This document shows positions 9,312-18,812 of a stretch of DNA of 18,812 bases, one piece after another. The first letter of the stretch is position 1. Each line of letters begins with the position of its first letter. The notes under the pieces are model-generated. The model had not been told where the DNA came from and searched no databases. It saw only the letters and a list, made by a program, of their open reading frames with translations. The position numbers were made by a program, and so were the translations under genes. Origin of the DNA: an uncultured Nitrososphaeraceae archaeon (lineage in GTDB: Archaea; Thermoproteota; Nitrososphaeria; Nitrososphaerales; Nitrososphaeraceae); contig CAVXZB010000066.1 in the NCBI GenBank assembly GCA_963765895.1, forward strand, positions 1-18,812, in the 5' to 3' direction.

Positions 9312-11054
9312 ATGGCATTAAGCTTTTCTAAACCTCTAAAAGAAGGCATCATAAAGGAGTGGCTAAGAGGTAAAAATCGCGACACTATAGCTCATGAGAA
9401 CGGTCTGAGTACAGGAACAGTCAGTAATATAGTAAAGGAATGGAAAGAAGAAATAGGAAGTTTATCAGCAGACCAGTTAAGAGAATTTGCAGTTACTTTA
9501 CGAAATGTTGGTATTTCACCTTTGCAATGTGGACAAGGTTTTCGAATACTAAACATTTTATGTGATCTAGGATTTTCTGAAGATAACATAGAAATGTTTG
9601 CACTAGACGTATGCAAGATGTGTAAAAATATTGGTTTACAGCCTGACAAAATTGCACTGCACATTAAAGAATTAATAGACCTAACAGAAAAAGTACCTTT
9701 AGACCAGCTTTCAGGCCATATAGAAAGGAACAAAATAATGCTGGAAGAATCAGAAGAAGAGCTTAGAAATGCTAAAGTGCAATTAAAAGATACACGTGCT
9801 GAACTTGATAATGCCTTTTCAAAATATAACTCAAACTCAAACATATCAGAAACTAGATGGACATACTGGTTAAAAAGAGAACTTGCAGATCATGGTCTTG
9901 AATTTGATAGTATTCCCGCATTGGTAAACACCATCGAAGATATCCACACATTAGGTTTTGACGCCAAAAAAATAATCTCCAAGGTTTCTGAAATAGACGA
10001 TTTAGAAACAAGGAAAAATGCTCTCAAAGTTGAGATAACGAAATTGCAAAAAGAGCAAGAAAGTCAAGCTATAAAGCTAGAAATGCTCAAACAAAGCTCT
10101 TCTACACATACACAGGCAATCTCTGTATACGAACAGCTAGCCTCTATGGGATTGGGGCTTGGAGAACTGACCATCTTGGTTAATACTATTACAGAATTAG
10201 CTAAAGAAAATGGTATTTCAGAATCAATGGCTGTTAACAAATTCCTAGATGATGTTACACAACAGTATAAGTATATTAGCGGTTTTGAGTCTAGACTTGA
10301 AGAGCTAAAAAATGAGACAGAAGATACAGAGTCTGGCCTGATAATATTACGCCAGTCAGGTTCAGAATTGGACAAAGTCACAGATTCATTGAGAAAACTG
10401 TGGGCAATGGGCGTAAAGTCTGAAGACATTATAGATCTAGCAAAGGCTCTAGACAAGGAGACTACAAATAATGTTAATTATGATAACAGAGCAATTAATA
10501 ATAATGAAACTATTCCATCAGATTTGAAAAAGTATCGAAATCTTAAAACCGACATCGAGGATTTGAGTAAAGCCAAGGATGAATTGATAGCAGAAATGGC
10601 ATCTCTTATGTCAATAAGACAGTGCCTTGCGGCATCAGTAGTGTCATCTACCTTTAGAGTCTTTCAGTATCTTAATTTCATGATTGATGTTATCAAATGC
10701 ACAAGAGTACAAATTCAGGTACATGTTTTGCATTTGCATTTGTATTTGCTATATCATGAACCACCTATAATGTATAACAAAGAACAAGAATTAAATATAG
10801 ACAAAATATCAATTCAATCAGATAATTATCAAAAATTCTTACCATTTATAGATGCTGCAAACGGCGATGATATTGAATTTAGGATACTGAAGAATGTGTT
10901 AATTGATGCTATTCAAATTGGATTAGATAAACTGAAGTCTAGTAACAGTCAGGGTAGAGATAATGATAATAGTACTACTACTAGTACCACTACTACGATG
11001 GTTGCTTTAAACCAAGCAAAAACTGCATTAGAACAGTTCCAGGAACAAGTCTAA
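9312..11054 (+). CDS. N-terminal helix-turn-helix plus long coiled-coil protein (Nitrososphaeraceae family of unknown function)
   Basis: IIKEWLRGKNRDTIAHENGLSTGTVSNIVKEW is an HTH; heptad-rich segments follow. ATG 9312 (MALSFSK) is preferred to 9204 because the extension covers the repeat array. No Walker A motif seen. Confidence 0.85.
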   Translation: MALSFSKPLKEGIIKEWLRGKNRDTIAHENGLSTGTVSNIVKEWKEEIGSLSADQLREFAVTLRNVGISPLQCGQGFRILNILCDLGFSEDNIEMFALDVCKMCKNIGLQPDKIALHIKELIDLTEKVPLDQLSGHIERNKIMLEESEEELRNAKVQLKDTRAELDNAFSKYNSNSNISETRWTYWLKRELADHGLEFDSIPALVNTIEDIHTLGFDAKKIISKVSEIDDLETRKNALKVEITKLQKEQESQAIKLEMLKQSSSTHTQAISVYEQLASMGLGLGELTILVNTITELAKENGISESMAVNKFLDDVTQQYKYISGFESRLEELKNETEDTESGLIILRQSGSELDKVTDSLRKLWAMGVKSEDIIDLAKALDKETTNNVNYDNRAINNNETIPSDLKKYRNLKTDIEDLSKAKDELIAEMASLMSIRQCLAASVVSSTFRVFQYLNFMIDVIKCTRVQIQVHVLHLHLYLLYHEPPIMYNKEQELNIDKISIQSDNYQKFLPFIDAANGDDIEFRILKNVLIDAIQIGLDKLKSSNSQGRDNDNSTTTSTTTTMVALNQAKTALEQFQEQV

Positions 11055-11721
11055 TTGTTAATGTCTTACCTGTTCTATTATCAAGAACGCTTTGTATCTA
11101 AATGCTTTTAATTGTAATTATAGAAAATACTGCTTAAATTAATTCACTGAAATAAATTAGCTATATTCAACTTAAGTTCATCAAAATTAACAACCTATTT
11201 ACTATCTGTTTAAACGCTTTTGTAGTTATACAGAATATGTGAGACAGTATAAACACATCATAGATATTCAGATATCTTCATTTCAAATAACCTTCAATAG
11301 AGTACATAAACATCAACCAAGCCATAAAGTGTCGAAAGATTATGGATGAAGCAGTACAAAGAAATATGATAAGACATACATTGTATTATTCAAACCCCGT
11401 ATTATTCATCATATCATCATTTCATTTCTTATTGCATTGATAAGGATTCGATAAAACCACCAGATGAAGATTAAGATCGCATAGATCAATTTTCTAATGC
11501 CCTGGATGGGAAAAAGTATCATCGTCCATTAATAGTAGCATGATTGTTAAATTATCAGATATTAAGATTCGCCAATGAATTTACATGGTCTGAGATAATC
11601 CCATACAATGTGTCACTGATACAGGTTCATACTAGAACTCATCAGCAAAAAATCCAGATCGGAATAAAGATTATTAAACCAGACCGATAAAAATACTAGG
11701 TAGTAGCATTATACTCTACTA

Positions 11722-12081
11722 ATGGTAGAGAAAATACAAAAAAAGAGTATGGCTTCTGCAGACGAGACAAGATCTTTTGATAAGGGAAAAGTTGAAATTG
11801 TAAATATTGGCAACACTACAGTTGGTAAGGCATCTTTTGAGCCTGGTTGGAGCTGGGAAAAATGTGTAAAACCAATTGCTCAAACTGAAAGCTGTCAAGC
11901 TCCTCATACGCAATATATAATATCAGGTAGAATGAGAGTCAAGATGGATGACGGAAGCGAAGAGGAATACGGTCCTGGCGACGTTGGCTACGTTCCTTCT
12001 GGCCATAATGCATGGGTAGTTGGAGATGAGCCGTGCGTTGCGATAGATTTTACAGGTATGGGAACATATGCTAAGAAGTAA
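11722..12081 (+). CDS. Cupin domain protein
   Basis: FEPGWSWEKCVKP, CQAPHTQYIISGRM (cupin motif 1) and GPGDVGYVPSGHNAWVVG (cupin motif 2). Confidence 0.92.
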   Translation: MVEKIQKKSMASADETRSFDKGKVEIVNIGNTTVGKASFEPGWSWEKCVKPIAQTESCQAPHTQYIISGRMRVKMDDGSEEEYGPGDVGYVPSGHNAWVVGDEPCVAIDFTGMGTYAKK

Positions 12082-13168
12082 ACACACAATTGTTCATTAA
12101 TAATTTATAGACTCGTACAATAGACAACTATTTTTCTTTATTTGTATCTCTGGGCAAATATCTTTTGGAAAAATAAGAAATAAATAGGTGTGGTGGATAG
12201 GTAAATGACTTATTTTCTAAAGCGCAGCGTCTATATAAAGCAGATCTAGCTTATCACATAATTTTCTTTGATCAAATAAACCTTCAATCAATTAGAAAAA
12301 CTAGCATAGTCTCTACAAACTATTCAAATGTTATCTGCCTCTGTGTAGTAATAATTTGTTCAATTGTTGGTAGTCTATGAACCCACTACACGTAGGAAGT
12401 GTTTTCCCATTATTGTGAAAAGTTCTCTTTGATGTGCCGACATGGATTACGCATTTATAGATGATACAATTAAAGTTGTAGCAGTACATCCGGAAATATA
12501 CAACAACATATTCTTATTAAATTTAATTTGTCAGGTAATTTGCAAGTCTTGATTTAAATGTTTTAGAATATTAAACGAATGTACAATGATTAACCATCTA
12601 TACTGTAAATTAATATCATCTATCACTATGATGATGATCCACGAATCGACTGACGAGGAAAGCCTTATGTTTCTACACAGAGAACCAATTAGATTAGGCC
12701 AATTAGCATTAAAGATCCTACGAATTAAAGTCATAAAGAATTTAAGAAACGTATAAAAAAATGAGGCATATTATGATGATATTAATTCAATAATACTTAT
12801 TAGTTTGCTACCATTCATATTGATATATGGTTGGTTGTAATAGTTTTTTTATATTTATCAGCGTACTCAGCATCTTAAACAATAACGTAAAAGTTCTGAC
12901 AACTACATAATGATACTAATTTTCCTTCAGTAATGGGATTAAGAGTACTGAAAAACATCATTTAGTGGAGGTACTTTGAAATATAATATATATGCCGATC
13001 CAAATGGCTGGAGACAAAAACAGTTATTTTAAACAAAAGCTATTAAATTTAATTATTAGTCCTATAATATGACTGTGAGCAAAATCTAAAGCCAACTCTA
13101 GTAAGTGACAATATGCACATAAAGATTTAGTAATTCTCTATAGGACTATATGTAGATTCAGATCGAAG

Positions 13169-13912
13169 TTGATGAATATTAGGAGTTTGAATCAAACTAT
13201 AATAGAAAGACTAAAGATAGATAAAAGTACATGGAGATCTTCTATATTGGTACACATTACAGTTTATAAATTGCGAGGTCTAGTCAACTCTTTTTCTAGG
13301 AAATGCACAATAATTATTATTGTATTTTTTATGGCAAGTATTCTCGCATCGATTCCTCAGAAAACCGATGATTATTTCAATATTTCTTGGATTTATCAAA
13401 ATTACGATCATAGTATATTTGCACAGACTGTCATCAGTACTGGGTCTTTTGTATATTATAACAATACGGTATTAGGAATAGAAATACTAATACCACAACA
13501 ATGGATCGGTAACCATAAAGATGACAATACAGTGTCTTCAGGTGATCCTAATTTAGTTCAATTTTTCTCTCCACAAAAAGATGCACAACTTTTTGTCACA
13601 GTATATCCTTTACCGAGTTCAAATATGTCTATTAATGCTTATGACAAACAATATAATATGTATAGTAATGACCCAACTATTCATAATCTAGTATTTGCTA
13701 ATACAACGTTATCAGGAATGCCAGCTCACCAGGCAACATTCATGTTAAGTTACTCAGGAAAATCATATCATGTTATTCATGTGTGGACAATTAAAAATGA
13801 TCATGTTTACAAGCTTTCATTTAGTACATATGATGAGGCTTTTAAAAAGTATTTATCACCAATAGAAATAATGATAAATTCATTTAATGTTACAAGAAAT
13901 AGAATATCATGA
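13169..13912 (+). CDS. Secreted/membrane-anchored PsbP-like domain protein; true start probably downstream of 13169
   Basis: Hydrophobic CTIIIIVFFMASILASI, then YYNNTVLGIEILIPQQW, TTLSGMPAHQ, WTIKNDHVYKLSF and KYLSPIEIMINSF, the PsbP-related pattern abundant in Nitrososphaeraceae. Confidence 0.8.
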   Translation: MMNIRSLNQTIIERLKIDKSTWRSSILVHITVYKLRGLVNSFSRKCTIIIIVFFMASILASIPQKTDDYFNISWIYQNYDHSIFAQTVISTGSFVYYNNTVLGIEILIPQQWIGNHKDDNTVSSGDPNLVQFFSPQKDAQLFVTVYPLPSSNMSINAYDKQYNMYSNDPTIHNLVFANTTLSGMPAHQATFMLSYSGKSYHVIHVWTIKNDHVYKLSFSTYDEAFKKYLSPIEIMINSFNVTRNRIS

Positions 13913-14407
13913 TGCCTTCATTATTTCTAGCTTGCATTATTTAATTTCACATCTATCGAAAGAATAAGTAAACTGTTTACAGGTCCATATATTTTAGTGC
14001 GTCTCCTAAATGAGTTTTGTCTTTAGATGTCTACTTAAAGATAGATTTACTGCGTTATCTAAATTTGTGTGCATTTTCTTATAACCAGATAAGTTTAGCT
14101 AGATAACAAACAGTAAAGTCATATATAACTGTAAAAAAAGATCAGTAATATAACTTACTTTGTTAGCACTACCATATTCATGTTACCAATGTATAGACAC
14201 TGCGTTACATGAGATTGGTATATGTTAGTACATAGTGGAATTATGAAAGGTTAATCAAGATTAGACTATCTTTCATACTGTGTTATTAACAAAACTTAAC
14301 ACAGCTTGTGGGCGCAACCCGGCAGTAGAATGGAGGTTCTATTTCTTTGCTTCGTAGGTCTATACAAACATCATTATTAAAAATTGAAGATACTTATCAA
14401 AACTCAA

Positions 14408-14835
14408 TTACCTTGTTTTTAACAATAGGCTTTGTTTCTTACCGTATTTTGAAAATATCTGTTCATATGCTAAGTGTTTTTCTGAATAAGTGCATTTGAG
14501 CTATCATACATTTTAATAAAATTTGCTCGTAAAACTAAATTTCCTTCTAAATCAAAGAATCTTATGCTATAGCTTTTTCTGTCATCCGATTTATTCTCAA
14601 TTACAAATCTTGCCTCTTTGGTATTGTTAAGGTTAACGTGTATATGCCATGGTCTGGATTCGTCGCCTATTGTAGCGTATTGTTCTCTAACTCGGAGCAG
14701 TAAATTCTTTTCTGCATTCACTTCGCATACTGCGCCATTGCTTCTTACCGAGAACATGACATTATCATGAGGAAGTATATCGTTTATAATATCCTCAAAG
14801 GTTATGTCTGAATTCTTGTCGACTGTAGATATCAT
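14408..14835 (-). CDS. ChuX/HutX (HemS-fold) heme-binding/carrier-like protein; probable 1-nt loss in the A5 run near 14479 (stops at 14470 as written)
   Basis: VRSNGAVCEV...WHIHVNL...ARFV...RKSYSIRFFDLEGNLVLR. Adding one A extends it ...QKKHLAYEQIFSKYGKKQSLLLKTR*, restoring a C-terminal helix. Confidence 0.75.
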
Positions 14836-15074
14836 TTGTATGAATTACATGTAATCATCCATAATAGTATATTGAATAATTTAGCTAGCCAACAATTCGC
14901 CTTTCAGATATAGATAAGTGCCAGGTACTTAACAATCTGAGATATTGAACAATGAATTAATGTATTGTCTATTCCACATGCAAAGTTGACTAGTTAAGAT
15001 TAAACACATAAATTGATAATATCTTATATCCATAATATCTTCAATTATATAACTTATTTTGACGTTGTCAACCA

Positions 15075-16003
15075 ATGATAGGTGCTCTTTTCTGCCTTGA
15101 GATATGGGGAACTGACTATAACAAGATCAAAGAAATCTGTTTACTAGCAGAAAAATTAGGATACCATGGGTTTTACTATGGTGAGTCTTTAACGGATATT
15201 GATTTGGATTGCTGGACCATAGTTTCTAATTTATCAGCAATGACCCATAAGATTAAACTAGGGCCTGTTATAACGTATATTCTTCCTCAATATAGGAACA
15301 TTTCTCTTTTAGCAAAACAGGCTTTGACAGTACAGGAAATTTCCAATGGAAGACTTGAATTTCGAACAGGTGTAGGAGCGACACCTCAATGGGCTTCAAA
15401 TTGGTGGCATCCTTATACTATAGATTATCCAAATAATACTGAAAGAGTATCATTATTTGAGGAAGGAATGGAGCTATTAGGTATGTATGGAGTAAATCTT
15501 CAACGACAACGACATTCAACGGCCAACATTTTAAGGTGAAAGATATTGCATTATTGAAAAACCATCTTAGAACAAAGATTATTCCAATAACGATAGGAGC
15601 TGAACAAGTAAAAACTATGCAAATAGCTGCTAAATACGCACACATATGGGAATGCTCTTATCTAAATCCTGAACAATTTGCCTTACTCAATAAAAAATTC
15701 GAAGATATATGTAAAAAGACTAATCGAAATGGAGAACGAAGAATAACTAAATCAATTGAACTAGACGTTATCATCTCTGAATCTAATTCGGATTTGAAAT
15801 ACAAGAAAAAAATTTTCGCTACTGAGAGAGGTTTATCTACGGCCGACCAGATATTCAAGCAAGGACTAATTGGAACACCTGAAGAAGTAAGAGAAAGACT
15901 AATACTGTATACTGTGGCAGGTGTGAATCAATTCTTGCTTGCATTTCATGATCCACTTGATAATAAAGCATTAGAATTATTCATGGATATCGTAATTAAA
16001 TAA
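15075..16003 (+). pseudogene. Luciferase-like monooxygenase (LLM class flavin/F420-dependent oxidoreductase) split by a -1 frameshift near 15486
   Basis: AEKLGYHGFYYGES, IKLGPVIT, LLAKQALTVQEISNGRLEFRTGVG; the shifted frame reads WSKSSTTTTFNGQHFKVKD...IPITIGA...IGTPEEVRERL...AGVNQFLL. Confidence 0.88.
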
Positions 16004-17320
16004 TTTTTTCAGGAATAATCATTATGTATGGCTATATATCTTAAACATTAGTAAGAACTTCAACTTACTATATCATTATGATATTGTTTGCAAGGCTTGT
16101 CCTTCAAGATTTAAAAACGACTTTGTCAAGTACTTTTTGTAGCGCTCAAACGATCGGACTCATAGTGTCAATATCTAGATGACAGCGAATGGAGGCTGTT
16201 TTGTCGTTGTTCACTGCATTTGAAGTGGTGGTAATCAAGGAGGTAGTATGTGCATCGATTGGGGAACTCATCAATAGTTCGATTTCTATCACAAAGCTTT
16301 GGAGCGTCATTATCAAAACTCGTCCAGAACAGAAGAAAGGTACCAAGTATAATGAGAAACTGATCGAAATCTCATTAACCAGCAAAGAAAAATCGTCGAG
16401 GAGACTACTTCTTGATAGACACTAATGTCCTTGAGCCATCGTTGACAAGAATCACTTGGCGACTATGCTGAGTCGCCGTGCTTAAAGTCAAGCGACTGTG
16501 GCAATGAGCATTCACAAACTGCATTTTGAGGAATGTAAGGTTGATCGAGTGATCTTTATTTTTCGGCTCTCGGATTGTGGTCTTTATGTCCTTCATCAGG
16601 AATTATATGACAAAAAAAAGAGTCTGAATATTGTCGTGAAGAAGCTGCATGGGCTGGGTTCCAGGAATGGTAGATGCTCTTCATATCAGTGGTGACGGGG
16701 TTTCCCATCTATTGTCAAAAACTTGGTCAGGACTTGAATGGCTTCGGGACGTTAGAGATATGCTCTCGGGGAAAGATGGCGAGTGTATATGTAAAATAAA
16801 TATCATTGTTATATTCGTCTGTGTTACATTCATCATAGATCTGAAACGAGCTAATAATATATGTAAAAAAGATAAGAACATGTAATTTTCAAACCCGCAA
16901 AAACTAACACAGTGCACTCATTGTAATGAATCGTACATAAGATCTATCATCAGGAACGACGCATCTGATCAGACAGTACGGAATCATAAAGACGAAACTG
17001 GGTTATAGGTTTTTAACGGAAAAAACATCAACACAAAGAGCTAAGGAACCTGAAATCGAAACTCTGGATAAGATGAGAACGGCAACAAAATTAATCGAAA
17101 ACCTAATGTAAAGCAACTGCCACCTCGACCACACAGAATCATAACTGTCTTTACATAATGAGAAACTGGACTAATCAAAATATCTCAAATAGATACATAA
17201 TGTTACTGGAACGCAGTTCTCTGCATAGGGTCATAACCTTATTAGCTGATACTTTATATAATAATATGAGTTAAATTACTAATAATTTACTTGCAGAATA
17301 TGGACCAGTAAAGTATTGGA

Positions 17321-17412
17321 GACAATAACAGTAATCGCATTCACTTATCATTTATCGTCGTAGACAATGCGACGGCCCAGAGCGTTGGTCTGATATTGAC
17401 ATAGCATTCTGA
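17321..17412 (+). pseudogene. Relic of a Pol-beta-superfamily nucleotidyltransferase gene
   Basis: NRIHLSFIVVDNAT, a frameshift, then GPERWSDIDIAF*, resembling the RI...IVGS.A.G..DRWSDIDLAF signature with the GS lost. Confidence 0.35.
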
Positions 17413-17718
17413 GGGAAGATAAGCAGAAGACCTAAATTGGAAAAAGGATTCTTAAATAAATTATTCATGATCTCTATCTAGATTTTCTATACAATTGCTC
17501 TTTCCAACCATAGATCAGCCCGGAGTCCTTGTTCTTGGAGCCAATTTATGATATATATCTTTGAGTTCCCATGAGGTATTACGTCCAAAGAGGAACCATT
17601 TTAGCTGTAATAGATGGACTTCTATGGGAGTTTACCGCTACTATTCCTTTTCAGTATTTCAAAACGAAATTTCAAGAGCTATTCAAAAATAAAATTTTCT
17701 ATTTTTTTCCTTAGATCA

Positions 17719-18132
17719 TTATCTTGGAGGTTGTTGATGGAATACTCTTTCTGGCTCTATCTTTAATACGACCCTCTTTTCATTTGGTGAATGATAGGGA
17801 TATTTATCTAGACCTAAATACTTTTTTGCAAGTTTGTCAGCATGTTCAGCTGCACCTTTAGTGATATGTTCGATAACTTTTCCTCTTATTGTAACCATTT
17901 CATATGGATTGTTATGATTAACAACCGAGATAGCTATCCTGGGATCTCGTGAAATATTCTTGTGTTTAATCCTACCCTCAGCTGTATTTATTAAAACAGT
18001 GTTTGTATCTTTTTCAAAATCAATCCATACAGGAGTGATCTGTGGTGAACCATCTTTCATTAGTGTTGCTACAAAAGCAAAATTTTTTTCCTCAAGCAAT
18101 TTAGCAGTAGGACTTGATATTATTTGACTCAT
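17719..18132 (-). CDS. PPOX-class F420-dependent oxidoreductase (split beta-barrel)
   Basis: FAFVATLMKDGSPQITPVW, NTAEGRIKHKNISRDPRIAISV, NPYEMVTIRG, DKLAKKYLG...YP...EKRVVLKIEP. Confidence 0.93.
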   Translation of the reverse strand: MSQIISSPTAKLLEEKNFAFVATLMKDGSPQITPVWIDFEKDTNTVLINTAEGRIKHKNISRDPRIAISVVNHNNPYEMVTIRGKVIEHITKGAAEHADKLAKKYLGLDKYPYHSPNEKRVVLKIEPERVFHQQPPR

Positions 18133-18485
18133 ACTTTAATAACAAATGCAAGACATATTTAATAATGGTTATGCAAGAATGAGAATCTAAAGAAATTGAG
18201 TTTAAAGTATTTAACAGAATGTAACAGAAAGTTATCCTCTTACGAATGATTCATTTACTTGCAACTGGTTTGAATATGGACTTTTATCAAGTCTTGCTTA
18301 GAGATATAATCATAGTTAGTTAATAGCAAGGGATGAACACCTTATTTCTGAAAATTATTTTATATATTATATAGTTAGTTGACTTCCAACTGTTACCATA
18401 GTTATCCTCTTTCCAATTCCGTTTTGCCTTCTAAATTTGCTCCGATAGTCTTATTCTTGTAAAAGAGAATGTTTCGAAAGGCTGA

Positions 18486-18691
18486 TGAAAGATAATGGAT
18501 TAACTAAGCTGAAAGCATTGTCTATGTTACTTGGCAAATACCAAAGCCAATGACGCTTAGAAGAAGCTGTAATTGTTTAAAGGATTATAGATAATGAGAA
18601 ATCCAAGAAATCAGATTATGGGGCAAAGATTTTACGAAGATACATAATTGAAATTACTGTGATTTATAGAAAAGCCTGTATCATTATATAA
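18486..18691 (+). pseudogene. Possible decayed small helical protein with two in-frame stops (end approximate)
   Basis: One frame reads MKDNGLTKLKALSMLLGKYQSQ*RLEEAVIV*RIIDNEKSKKSDYGAKIL... Confidence 0.25.
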
Positions 18692-18812
18692 ATTAAATGA
18701 AATGGTATTTGCACAAGTATAAAGCATATATAATATTCCCGTAATAAGCAATTAAAAGATATGCATGCCAAGATATGTATATCATAAGTGAACAATCAAG
18801 ATAGATTTAATC

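Noticed and set aside
9392-10456. Minus-strand ORFs 9392-9844 and 10064-10456
   Set aside because: Antisense to the HTH/coiled-coil gene, with shadow composition.
9312-11054. SMC/Rad50 or transposase identity for the coiled-coil protein
   Set aside because: No Walker A/B, ABC signature or DDE motif seen.
12442-12755. Long plus-strand frame with one internal TGA (possible selenocysteine or pseudogene)
   Set aside because: No recognisable family or SECIS-like element; weak coding signal.
11719-15858. Minus-strand ORFs 11719-11913, 12531-12734, 15418-15645 and 15658-15858
   Set aside because: Antisense to the cupin or LLM genes, or unsupported.
16146-16917. Transposase or helicase call (e.g. 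MSIHK...DRVI resembling a UvrD C-terminal motif)
   Set aside because: Resemblance is too partial; no coherent motif set, terminal inverted repeat pair or target duplication found.
12650-18515. Hammerhead-like CTGANGA words at 12650 and 18482
   Set aside because: No stem II closing onto GAAA.

Overview
AT-rich, gene-sparse accessory region that reads like a soil ammonia-oxidising archaeon (Nitrososphaeraceae, Thaumarchaeota); this is inferred from the protein families, not from a marker gene. Recognisable products are a thaumarchaeal surface beta-domain protein, an unlisted 35-aa C2H2 zinc finger, a MEDS sensory protein, a ribbon-helix-helix protein, a PRC-barrel-like/helical protein with a convergent paralogue, two virus-like ORFs joined by an ATGA overlap, a long HTH plus coiled-coil protein, a cupin, a PsbP-like protein, a ChuX/HutX-like protein, a luciferase-like monooxygenase and a PPOX-class F420-dependent oxidoreductase. 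At least five genes are broken by single-base frameshifts or a nonsense codon, and much intergenic DNA looks like decayed genes. I saw no rRNA, tRNA, CRISPR array, integrase or intact transposase. Best leads: (1) the HTH/coiled-coil gene preceded by a phased ATGAC array flanked by a duplicated motif (KfrA-like arrangement); (2) the convergent gene pair sharing an unnamed helical domain; (3) two largely non-coding, repeat-rich tracts about 5 kb apart that share collinear motifs. All family calls come from recognising motifs by eye and need HMM confirmation.
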